A stretch of DNA of 39,349 nt. It comes from an uncultured Candidatus Saccharibacteria bacterium. Its GTDB lineage: Bacteria > Patescibacteriota > Minisyncoccia > Phycocordibacterales > UBA1006. The position numbers and the translations under genes were made by a program. The notes under the pieces were generated by a model. That model saw nothing but the letters and a program-made list of their open reading frames with translations. It ran no database searches and was not told the DNA's origin. Each line of letters starts with the position of its first letter. Position 1 is the stretch's first letter. Below are positions 8,126 through 15,790 of the stretch, piece after piece. The stretch is taken from NCBI GenBank assembly GCA_964489785.1, contig CAZAZY010000003.1:11174-50522 (forward strand), in the 5' to 3' direction.

Positions 8126-10195
8126 TTATGCTTCGACAGCTACAAGATCATAATCAATAGTTTTTCGTATTTGATTAGTTGCTGAAACTCGAATGGTGAT
8201 AGATTGTCCAATAAAGAATGCTGTTTCGCCTCGGGAATTTTGAATAGTTCGTGTCGCATCGTTGTATTCAACATTGCCTGGCAAATGTCGCATACGAATT
8301 AATCCTTCGGATCGCGTCGTTCTTTCTTGTACAAAGATACCCATCTGAGATACTCCAGAAACAACCCCATCAAAAGTTTCGCCAATACGGGTACTCATGT
8401 ATTCTACTTGTTTGTATTTAATAGAATCCCATTCTGCTTCTTGAGCATCTCGTTCTCGACGTGATGAATGCATGGCTTGTTCTTGATAAAAATGTAATGC
8501 ATTTTTAGGTAGGGGTTTGCCCTGTACGTGATACATTAATAATCGGTGTACCAAAATGTCTGGATATCGTCGAATAGGGGACGTAAAATGCGTATAGTGT
8601 TCAAAACCTAATCCATAATGACCTACGTTGTCGGTGGTATAGATTGCTTTTGCCATAGATCGAACAATAGCAGTTTGAATCATTGATTGTGCATCTTTAT
8701 CAGAAACACTTCGCAATAATGCATTTAAATCTCGAGGATCTACGACATCATTTTTCGAAGAAATAGTGTATCCTAATTGTTCAAGATAAATAATAAGATT
8801 GTGCATCTTTTCTTCATTTGGTGGTTCGTGAATACGATATACGAATATGTTTTCTCCACTTTCTTTTGTCATGAATTCTGCAATCTTTCGGTTTGCCAAA
8901 AGCATACATTCTTCAATCAATTTCATGGTTTCCAATCGTTCCTTTACTGCAGCGCGAATAGGTTTTCCTGATTCATCTAATACGAATTTTACTTCATCTG
9001 AATCCATAATCAGAGCACCATTTTCTTGGCGTGCTTTTTCTAGATATTTTGAAATGGCATGAATATGCTGTAGTTCATTTGCAAATGGACCCTCTTTGGT
9101 ATCCAATACATGCTGAGCTTCGGCGTAGGTAAATCTTTTTTGAGAACGAATAATGGTTCTTCCAAACCATGAATCTAATACAGTACCATCTTTTTTGATA
9201 GTAAAAATTGCTGACATTGCCAGACGGTCAACATCTTGTTTTAAACTACAAAGTTCATTAGAAAGTTTTTCTGGTAGCATGGGAACTGTTCGGTCAACCA
9301 AATATACTGATGTTGCACGTTCTTGAGCTTCGCGGTCCAGGGCACTGCCTTCTTGTACATAAAAAGAAACATCTGCAATGTGAATACCTAATTCATAGGT
9401 GTCATTTTCTAATATCTGCAATGATAGGGCATCGTCAAAATCTTTTGCGTCTTCTGGGTCGATAGTAAACGTTCCCACGCCACGCATGTCTTTTCGATTT
9501 GGTGCTTCGTCTGCAATGGTTTGTTCGTCTAATTTTTCTGCTTCATCCAGAGCGTCTTGCGGATAGTTAATATCAAAACCATGTTCCATGGCAAATGCAA
9601 TCATCTCGGCATTGTTTTCTCCTGGTTTTCCTAATACTTGGCGTACGGAACCAATGATGTGTGACTGATGCCATTCTTGGATTTCTATGTATACTTTTTC
9701 TCCCAATTTTGCATCTTTGATATCTGATTCAGCAATAGAAACCTGCATGTGCATGCGTTCATCATCTGGAATGATGGTGTATTCTTTTCCATGCTTTGCC
9801 AATGTCCCTACAATTCCTGTTTTTGCACGACGAACAATGTCTAATTTGGTAACTTCATATGATGATCCTTGTTGTTCATACGATACAGATACAATATCAC
9901 CATGCAATGCCTGGTGGGGAAGATCTGATGGAATATCGATAACAATATCATCTGATGATTTTTGCCCTTTGATTACTATGAATGGAATACTGTTTCGTCC
10001 AATGCGGAATTTTGATTCAGCGATTTTTGATTCTTTTGGTTTACTGTTGTCTATTTTTTTCTTTGGTGCAGATTGAGATTGAAAAAGGTTTTTCGATCCT
10101 ACTTTTGTGCGGTTTGGTTTTTTATTTTTTTGATATGGGGCTGATTTGCCAGTGTTTTTTTTATGCTCAGAATTGCCTGATTGTTTAGATTTCAT
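8126..10195 (-). CDS. rnr: ribonuclease R (RNB-family 3'-5' exoribonuclease)
   Basis: RNB motifs FTIDPEDAKDFDDALS, HIADVS and LVDRTVPMLPEKLSNELCSL. C-terminal S1-like GETFDGVVSGVSQMGIFVQ. Start reassigned to MKSKQSG (ATG at 10195), because the longer track ORF overlaps rpsP. Confidence 0.9.
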   Translation of the reverse strand: MKSKQSGNSEHKKNTGKSAPYQKNKKPNRTKVGSKNLFQSQSAPKKKIDNSKPKESKIAESKFRIGRNSIPFIVIKGQKSSDDIVIDIPSDLPHQALHGDIVSVSYEQQGSSYEVTKLDIVRRAKTGIVGTLAKHGKEYTIIPDDERMHMQVSIAESDIKDAKLGEKVYIEIQEWHQSHIIGSVRQVLGKPGENNAEMIAFAMEHGFDINYPQDALDEAEKLDEQTIADEAPNRKDMRGVGTFTIDPEDAKDFDDALSLQILENDTYELGIHIADVSFYVQEGSALDREAQERATSVYLVDRTVPMLPEKLSNELCSLKQDVDRLAMSAIFTIKKDGTVLDSWFGRTIIRSQKRFTYAEAQHVLDTKEGPFANELQHIHAISKYLEKARQENGALIMDSDEVKFVLDESGKPIRAAVKERLETMKLIEECMLLANRKIAEFMTKESGENIFVYRIHEPPNEEKMHNLIIYLEQLGYTISSKNDVVDPRDLNALLRSVSDKDAQSMIQTAIVRSMAKAIYTTDNVGHYGLGFEHYTHFTSPIRRYPDILVHRLLMYHVQGKPLPKNALHFYQEQAMHSSRRERDAQEAEWDSIKYKQVEYMSTRIGETFDGVVSGVSQMGIFVQERTTRSEGLIRMRHLPGNVEYNDATRTIQNSRGETAFFIGQSITIRVSATNQIRKTIDYDLVAVEA

Positions 10196-10308
10196 GTTCC
10201 CAGTATACCATAGAATAAGCTTTTTGGTGATATGGGCACCAGGACTTTTATGTGGGGAATCGGGTGCGGGCTTGCTTTTTTTGTTGGCTCGTGATACTAT
10301 CTTTGCGT

Positions 10309-10608
10309 ATGTTAATGATTCGATTACAAAGAACAGGGCGAAAAAATGACCCACAATTTCGTGTGGTTGTAACAGAAAAACAAAACGGCCCAAAAAGCGG
10401 AAAGTTTTTAGAGGTTCTTGGTTCATATAATCCTAAACTTGGAAATTTTGCTGTAAAAAAAGAAAAAGTACAAGAATGGATATCTCAGGGTGCTCAGATG
10501 TCTGATACTATTTTCAATCACTTGGTAAAAGAAGGTGTCATCGAAGGAAAGAAAAAGAATGTTCTTCCAAAGAAATCTCCATCTCCAAAACGAAAAGAAA
10601 AGAAATAA
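10309..10608 (+). CDS. rpsP: 30S ribosomal protein S16
   Basis: MLMIRLQRTGRKNDPQFRVVV...GSYNP is the canonical S16 N-terminus. Start moved to the ATG at 10309. The C-terminal tail is Lys-rich. Confidence 0.9.
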   Translation: MLMIRLQRTGRKNDPQFRVVVTEKQNGPKSGKFLEVLGSYNPKLGNFAVKKEKVQEWISQGAQMSDTIFNHLVKEGVIEGKKKNVLPKKSPSPKRKEKK

Positions 10609-10610
10609 AA

Positions 10611-10639
10611 AATATCCCGCCCATGCGGGATATTTTTTA
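10611..10639 (+). terminator. rho-independent terminator after rpsP
   Basis: ATATCCCGC-CCAT-GCGGGATAT followed by TTTTT. Confidence 0.85.
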
Positions 10640-10648
10640 TTATGTCTG

Positions 10649-10677
10649 TTGACACAGGGTCTTTGTGTAGATACAAT
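10649..10677 (+). promoter_or_regulatory. sigma70-type promoter TTGACA-17-TACAAT for the KH-domain gene
   Basis: TTGACA at 10649-10654 and TACAAT at 10672-10677. Confidence 0.65.
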
Positions 10678-10684
10678 GGATGTA

Positions 10685-10710
10685 TATATCCATGTTCGAA
10701 CATGCATATA
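10685..10710. promoter_or_regulatory. 26-bp near-perfect palindrome just downstream of the -10 (candidate operator or 5'-UTR hairpin)
   Basis: TATATcCATGTTCGAACATGcATATA. The central 14 bp, CATGTTCGAACATG, are perfectly palindromic. Confidence 0.5.
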
Positions 10711-10746
10711 TACTATTAACAAATAAAAAGAAAAGACAGAATTATC

Positions 10747-11082
10747 ATGAATGATCAAGCACAAGAATTTCTTTCGTACGTTATCAAGGGATTAGTTGAC
10801 CATCCAAATGATGTAAAAATCACACGGACAGTTGACGACATGGGAGTACTTTTGACATTGGATCTTAACCCAGAAGATATGGGTAAAGTTATCGGTCGAA
10901 AAGGAAATACTGCAAAGGCAGTACGAACTCTTCTTCGTGTTGTAGGGATGAAACATAATGCACGTGTTAACCTGAAAATCACAGAACCAGAAGGGGGAAT
11001 GAAATCAGTTGCACGACCTGCGGCTGCAGATTCTAGCGAAGTAGATGCTGCAATCGAAGACTTGAAAAACGAACTTGAATAA
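10747..11082 (+). CDS. khpA: KH-domain RNA-binding protein (KhpA/YlqC-like)
   Basis: LVDHPNDVKI...DMGKVIGRKGNTAKAVRTLLRVVG contains the KH GxxG loop (GRKG). It sits next to rpsP as in many bacteria and has a ~30-aa acidic C-terminal extension. Confidence 0.8.
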   Translation: MNDQAQEFLSYVIKGLVDHPNDVKITRTVDDMGVLLTLDLNPEDMGKVIGRKGNTAKAVRTLLRVVGMKHNARVNLKITEPEGGMKSVARPAAADSSEVDAAIEDLKNELE

Positions 11083-11093
11083 ATAAAAATTAT

Positions 11094-11120
11094 AAAAACC
11101 CCGCTACGGCGGGGTTTTTA
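11094..11120 (+). terminator. rho-independent terminator
   Basis: AAAAA-CCCCGC-TACG-GCGGGG-TTTTT. Confidence 0.85.
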
Positions 11121-11146
11121 TAATGGAGAAATGCTATACTGTATAT

Positions 11147-11512
11147 ATGAAGAAAAAAGTTTTATTTATCGTTGTTCTTATTATTGTTGGGATTTTTGTT
11201 ATTACCAGTGATCTGTTTGTATCAAAAGAAATTGCCGAAGCTCCCGAAACGTCAGTAGTATTAGATGAAAAACAAACCGTTGTGGATGAAATTTTTCTAG
11301 TGGAAAATTATATTCGTGAAAATATTACTACAATTGCGCCTGAAGAACCGGTATTGGGTGGAACATTCTATGTAATAGAAATTACCGTAAATGAAACGGA
11401 GCATAATGGGGAATTCGTATACGAAGATGGACATATTCAGGGCCGTGCAAGTTTTACCTATGAGATACAAGATACTGTAGTTGTCTTGCAAAATATTCAG
11501 AAATTAGAATAA
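11147..11512 (+). CDS. hypothetical membrane-anchored/secreted small protein
   Basis: MKKKVLFIVVLIIVGIFVITS looks like a signal or anchor sequence. Start chosen at the internal ATG at 11147. Confidence 0.6.
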   Translation: MKKKVLFIVVLIIVGIFVITSDLFVSKEIAEAPETSVVLDEKQTVVDEIFLVENYIRENITTIAPEEPVLGGTFYVIEITVNETEHNGEFVYEDGHIQGRASFTYEIQDTVVVLQNIQKLE

Positions 11513-11542
11513 TCCCTGATTTATAAAAACTCTCTGGTAAAA

Positions 11543-11573
11543 ATAAAAACCGCATCATGCGGTTTTTATTTTT
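11543..11573. terminator. bidirectional rho-independent terminator
   Basis: ATAAAAA-CCGCA-TCA-TGCGG-TTTTTAT. It serves the + strand ORF and the minus-strand tRNA unit. Confidence 0.8.
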
Positions 11574-11602
11574 GAACCCTGCTTGTTCTTTTGAACATTT
11601 TG

Positions 11603-11800
11603 TGCAGCTGCCAGGACTCGAACCTGGGACCTCGTCATTATTAGGTGAAAAGTGATTAGTGAGCTTTTCACCGCTCTATTTGAAAACTTTGTGCGACTGC
11701 CAGGACTCGAACCTGGGACCTCGTCATTATCAGTGACGCGCTCTAACCACCTGAGCTACAGTCGCACGAAATTTTCAAAGACCACCTGAGCTACAGCTGC
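11603..11800 (-). other. disrupted or split tRNA-like gene that encloses tRNA-Ile
   Basis: The 5' fragment GCAGCTGTAGCTCAGGTGGT (11800-11781) and the 3' fragment ATAATGACGAGGTCCCAGGTTCGAGTCCTGGCAGCTGCA (11641-11603) have mutually complementary acceptor halves. The D-arm 3' half TAGAGCG lies at 11678-11672. The 102-nt insert is at 11679-11780 and a 30-nt replacement hairpin region at 11642-11671. Confidence 0.6.
11692..11765 (-). tRNA. tRNA-Ile (anticodon GAU), 74 nt, no encoded CCA
   Basis: Manual cloverleaf: GCGACTG TA GCTC AGGTGGTTA GAGC G CGTCA CTGATAA TGACG AGGTC CCAGG TTCGAGT CCTGG CAGTCGC A. All four stems are Watson-Crick. Confidence 0.9.
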
Positions 11801-11809
11801 ATGCACATT

Positions 11810-11838
11810 ACTATAGCAAAAAAGCCACAATATCGCAA
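11810..11838 (-). promoter_or_regulatory. promoter for the tRNA unit (TTGCGA-17-TATAGT on minus strand)
   Basis: Reverse complement of 11833-11838 is TTGCGA; reverse complement of 11810-11815 is TATAGT. The -10 ends 9 nt before the outer tRNA 5' fragment. Confidence 0.55.
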
Positions 11839-11884
11839 CTTCGGTTTTGCGCCGGCTGATTCTTTGTGGTGTACTTGCATTTTA

Positions 11885-11912
11885 TAGGCCAAGGTGTATA
11901 ATTATGTGCGTT
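11885..11912 (+). promoter_or_regulatory. promoter for the ATP synthase operon (TTGCAT-16-TATAAT)
   Basis: TTGCAT at 11885-11890 and TATAAT at 11907-11912. This leaves a ~150-nt leader before atpZ. Confidence 0.55.
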
Positions 11913-12066
11913 CGGGATACATGTCTCTTTTACTTGTATCTTGGGTGTTTTTTCCAGGGAAGTCTATTTCGAGATATCTCTCATTAAAACACTCAAGAAA
12001 AATAGAGACTACTTTCTTGGATATAAAAAAGTTACTCATCTAGGATGCGCATAGGGTTTCATTTCT

Positions 12067-12336
12067 ATGGAAGAAAAAAATCAAAAAACACAAGAGCGTC
12101 AAAAATATACTACTCGACTCTTTTATTTTAGTTTCGAAATATTAGGATATTTTGCAGTACCTGCAATAATCAGTGTTTTGGTTGGTAAATATTTGGAAAA
12201 TAATCATGAAATAGATATTGTTATCCCTCTTCTCATTGGTGCATATATTTTATCGTGGATTGTCTTTGTTGCCCGGTATCGTGCATTACAAAAGGATCGA
12301 CCAGATAACAAGGAAAATAGCACCACTATTGAATAA
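12067..12336 (+). CDS. atpZ: AtpZ/AtpI-like small membrane protein
   Basis: 89 aa with two hydrophobic helices, located immediately upstream of atpB. Confidence 0.6.
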   Translation: MEEKNQKTQERQKYTTRLFYFSFEILGYFAVPAIISVLVGKYLENNHEIDIVIPLLIGAYILSWIVFVARYRALQKDRPDNKENSTTIE

Positions 12337-12345
12337 TAAAAATAT

Positions 12346-13146
12346 ATGGAATGGTTTCAATTTAAAAGAGCAATACCCAGCATTCAACCCGATTTTATTT
12401 TTTCAATCGGATCTTTTCAGATATCTAACACCACGTTGTATCTTTTTGCTATTGCATTGTTTCTTTTTGTCGGACTTCTTATTATGCGACCAAAATTATC
12501 TACCTTGCCTGGTAAAGGACAATTAATGCTTGAAATGATGTACGAGGGTGTTATTGGATTAATTATGCAAATTACCGCCAGTGAATATCATGCAAAAAAA
12601 GTTTTTCATATCCTGGGGGCATTATTTTTGTTCATAGGATTTGCAAACTTTTCTGGATTAATACCAGGATTAACCAGTATTACCTATGATGGTGTTTCAA
12701 TCTTTCGAACTCCAACAGCAGATTTTAATACCACATTTGCTTTGGCGTTTGGTTCTGTTATTGTTCTGCATATTGTCAGTATTGCTGATTGGGGATTTTT
12801 TGGACACATGGGGAAATTCTTTAAATTTAAAGAAGTTTTTCAAGGTTTTAAAAAAGGAATTGGTGCTGGTTTCATGTCGTTAATAGATTTCTTTTTGGGT
12901 CTATTAGATATCGTGGGAGAATTAGCAAAAATCGTCTCGCTTTCACTGCGTCTTTTTGGTAATATGTACGCCGGTGAAGTTTTGATGGTTATTTTAATAG
13001 GTTCGTTAGCGTATGCAGTTCCGTCACTGTGGTTTGCTATGAGCATGCTTTCAGCACTTGTTCAAGCAATCGTATTTGGTTCTTTGGTGACGGTATTTTA
13101 TATGCTCGCGATCAAATCAGATTCGTCATCTGAAAAGCGCGCGTAA
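12346..13146 (+). CDS. atpB: F0F1 ATP synthase subunit a
   Basis: Polytopic membrane protein with the a-subunit motif LSLRLFGNMYAGEVL. Confidence 0.92.
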   Translation: MEWFQFKRAIPSIQPDFIFSIGSFQISNTTLYLFAIALFLFVGLLIMRPKLSTLPGKGQLMLEMMYEGVIGLIMQITASEYHAKKVFHILGALFLFIGFANFSGLIPGLTSITYDGVSIFRTPTADFNTTFALAFGSVIVLHIVSIADWGFFGHMGKFFKFKEVFQGFKKGIGAGFMSLIDFFLGLLDIVGELAKIVSLSLRLFGNMYAGEVLMVILIGSLAYAVPSLWFAMSMLSALVQAIVFGSLVTVFYMLAIKSDSSSEKRA

Positions 13147-13164
13147 TTATTAATATAAGGTAAG

Positions 13165-13392
13165 TTGGAAAAATATATGGAAATAGAATCAGCACGATTA
13201 ATAGCAAAAGGTATGGCTATCTTGGCGATGGTGGGAACAGCAGCAGGAGAAGGATACATCATTGGTAAAGCCATGGAAGCAATTGGACGTAATCCTGATG
13301 TAGGAGATTCATTGTTTACAAAAATGATCGTCGGAGTTGCTATGTGTGAATCAACAGCGATTTACGCTTTCGTAGCATTCTTCTTGATGTAA
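13165..13392 (+). CDS. atpE: F0F1 ATP synthase subunit c
   Basis: Helical hairpin with loop RNPD. Helix 1 has GEGYIIGKA and helix 2 has CESTAIYAF. The track start at 13165 is TTG; an ATG at 13177 is the alternative. Confidence 0.9.
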   Translation: MEKYMEIESARLIAKGMAILAMVGTAAGEGYIIGKAMEAIGRNPDVGDSLFTKMIVGVAMCESTAIYAFVAFFLM

Positions 13393-13399
13393 TAACTAT

Positions 13400-13906
13400 A
13401 TGGAAGGACTTTTAGCAATTTTAAGTAAAGTAGGATTTGATTGGCAGGTTGCATTTGCAAACCTTGTTAATTTTTTGATTATCTTTTTTATTTTAAAACA
13501 TCTTGCATTCAAGCCTTTGCAAAAAGTAATAGAAAAGAGAAAATCAGAAATCCAGGCAGGTTTGGATGATGCCGCTTTGGCAAAAACAAATCTACTCACA
13601 GCTGAACAAAAGAAAGAAGAAATTCTTATGTTGGCTCGTCAAGAAGCAAACGATATTATTGCAAAAGCAAAAGAAACTGGCGATAATCTTGTTGTGAAAA
13701 AAACAGAAGAAGCACAGCTGGAATACAACAAGATTATTGCTGATGGAAAAAAGAAATCACAAAAAGAGTTTGAACGTATGGAAGGCGAAGTTCGTAGTCA
13801 AGCAGCTTCTTTGATTGTTTCTGGTGTTGCAAAAATATTAAACGAAGATCTTGATGAAAAACAAGATAAAAAATTACGAGAACGGGCGTTAGATATGATG
13901 CGATAA
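13400..13906 (+). CDS. atpF: F0F1 ATP synthase subunit b
   Basis: A single N-terminal TM helix followed by a long charged helix, between atpE and atpH. Confidence 0.85.
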   Translation: MEGLLAILSKVGFDWQVAFANLVNFLIIFFILKHLAFKPLQKVIEKRKSEIQAGLDDAALAKTNLLTAEQKKEEILMLARQEANDIIAKAKETGDNLVVKKTEEAQLEYNKIIADGKKKSQKEFERMEGEVRSQAASLIVSGVAKILNEDLDEKQDKKLRERALDMMR

Positions 13907-13910
13907 TACT

Positions 13911-14285
13911 ATGATAAACTCTTACGCAATTGCTCGTGCAGTATATGAATTAGCACAAGATTCTGAAAATAAACATGTTGTTGATAATCTCGTAGTATAC
14001 CTTCAGTCTCATAATCTCATGCCTTTGTTGGATTCTATTTTGAATCATGTGGAACATATGCATGCGCGAGCTTCTGCACAAGAGAGTTTGGATATTGTAT
14101 CTGCATATCCATTGTCAGAATCCTTTGTTTCAGAATTAAAGGATGTGCTGGGTGCAAAAAAAACTGGTTCTCAGAAACAGGATCAGGATTTGATTGGGGG
14201 ATTCATTATGGAACACAATGGTGTTATGTATGATGCAAGTATCTCAACGCAACTTATTAGACTTAAAAACGCATTAATTTCTTAA
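13911..14285 (+). CDS. atpH: F0F1 ATP synthase subunit delta (short, 124 aa)
   Basis: Positioned between b and alpha. C-terminal OSCP-like [29 protein letters not shown]. Confidence 0.75.
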   Translation: MINSYAIARAVYELAQDSENKHVVDNLVVYLQSHNLMPLLDSILNHVEHMHARASAQESLDIVSAYPLSESFVSELKDVLGAKKTGSQKQDQDLIGGFIMEHNGVMYDASISTQLIRLKNALIS

Positions 14286-14290
14286 CTATT

Positions 14291-15781
14291 ATGAGTGTCG
14301 ATACAATAATTTCAAATTTAAAAGAGAAAATACAGAAACATTCAGCGGACATCCATGCTACAGAGTTTGGAATCGTAGTATCGGTTGCTGATGGTATTGC
14401 AAAAATCAGCGGACTGTCATCATGTCAGATGTCAGAGATGCTTGATTTTGGTGCAGGAAACTACGGATTGGCGGTAAACCTAGAAGCTGATTATGTAGGT
14501 GCGATGATTTTGGGTGATTACACAAATGTAAAAGAAGGTGACCGAGTTACACGAACAAAAGAAATTCTTTCAGTTCCAGTATCAAGCGACTTTTTGGGTC
14601 GTGTGGTGGATCCTTTGATGCGTATTGTAGATGGCCAAGGAGAAGTTTCAACAAAAGAACGACGTCCTATTGAAAAAATTGCACCAGGTGTAATGGCACG
14701 TGAACCAGTAAGTGAACCTATGCAAACAGGAATCAAAGCTATTGATGCATTGGTACCAGTTGGACGTGGACAACGAGAATTAATTATTGGTGATCGTCAA
14801 ACAGGAAAAACTGCTGTTGCGATTGACACTATCATTAACCAAAAAGGACAAAACGTAAAATGTGTATACGTTGCTATTGGACAAAAAAAATCAAAGGTAA
14901 TGCGTATTGCACAACAGCTAAAAGAATATGGCGCTTTGGAATATACAACAATCGTTCTTGCTGGGGCATCTGATCCTGCATCTATGATTTATCTTTCTCC
15001 ATATGCTGGTGTTACATTGGCAGAATATTTTATGGAATCAGGTGATGATGTGTTGATTATCTACGATGATCTTTCAAAACACGCTACTGCATATCGTGAA
15101 GTATCGTTGCTTCTTCGACGTCCACCAGGGCGAGAAGCGTATCCTGGAGACGTTTTTTACCTACACTCTCGATTGTTGGAACGAGCGTGTCGTTTGAACA
15201 AAGAAAACGGTGGGGGATCTATCACAGCATTACCAATCATTGAAACACAAGCTGGAGATATTTCAGCATATATTCCAACAAACGTAATTTCAATTACTGA
15301 CGGTCAAATCTTTTTGGAATCAAGTCTTTTCAACAAAGGTATTCGACCAGCGATTAACGTAGGAAACTCGGTATCTCGTGTTGGGGGATCTGCTCAGATT
15401 AAATCTATGAAGAAAAATGCTGGTCCATTAAAATTACAATTGGCACAGTTCCGTGAATTGGAAAGCTTTGCGCAATTCAGTTCTGATTTGGATGCTGATA
15501 CTAGAAAAACTATTGACCACGGACGAAAATTGGTTGAAGTGTTGAAACAAAAACAACTACAGCCAGTACCGGTTGCAAAACAAGTAGCTATTTTGTATGC
15601 AGTAAACAATGGATACGTAATGGATGTAGATAACGCAGTTCTTGCAAGTTGGGAGCATGATTTTTATGCATTTCTTGATTCTGCAAAAGGTGATTTATTG
15701 AATCGATTAACAAAAGGTTGGAGCGAACAAGAAGAAAGTGATCTTAAATCAGCAATTGAAGAATTTAAACAAAATCGTTAA
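14291..15781 (+). CDS. atpA: F0F1 ATP synthase subunit alpha
   Basis: Walker [19 protein letters not shown], plus [21 protein letters not shown]. Confidence 0.97.
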   Translation: MSVDTIISNLKEKIQKHSADIHATEFGIVVSVADGIAKISGLSSCQMSEMLDFGAGNYGLAVNLEADYVGAMILGDYTNVKEGDRVTRTKEILSVPVSSDFLGRVVDPLMRIVDGQGEVSTKERRPIEKIAPGVMAREPVSEPMQTGIKAIDALVPVGRGQRELIIGDRQTGKTAVAIDTIINQKGQNVKCVYVAIGQKKSKVMRIAQQLKEYGALEYTTIVLAGASDPASMIYLSPYAGVTLAEYFMESGDDVLIIYDDLSKHATAYREVSLLLRRPPGREAYPGDVFYLHSRLLERACRLNKENGGGSITALPIIETQAGDISAYIPTNVISITDGQIFLESSLFNKGIRPAINVGNSVSRVGGSAQIKSMKKNAGPLKLQLAQFRELESFAQFSSDLDADTRKTIDHGRKLVEVLKQKQLQPVPVAKQVAILYAVNNGYVMDVDNAVLASWEHDFYAFLDSAKGDLLNRLTKGWSEQEESDLKSAIEEFKQNR

Positions 15782-15790
15782 TCTTCTTAT

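Noticed and set aside
10252-10308. 19-codon N-terminal extension of the S16 ORF
   Set aside because: The canonical S16 N-terminus MLMIRLQRTG starts at 10309. The extension is hydrophobic junk lying in the promoter region.
10196-10426. 77-codon N-terminal extension of the RNase R ORF in the track (start at 10426)
   Set aside because: It overlaps the S16 gene on the opposite strand and is hydrophobic and unlike RNase R. The internal ATG at 10195 leaves a normal divergent intergenic region.
11919-12066. Possible attenuator or riboswitch in the ~150-nt atp operon leader (hairpin GATACA...TGTATC followed by a T-run, and palindrome GAGATATCTC)
   Set aside because: The stems are short (6 bp with a 13-nt loop) and AT-rich, and I recognise no riboswitch consensus. 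I note it only as a long leader.
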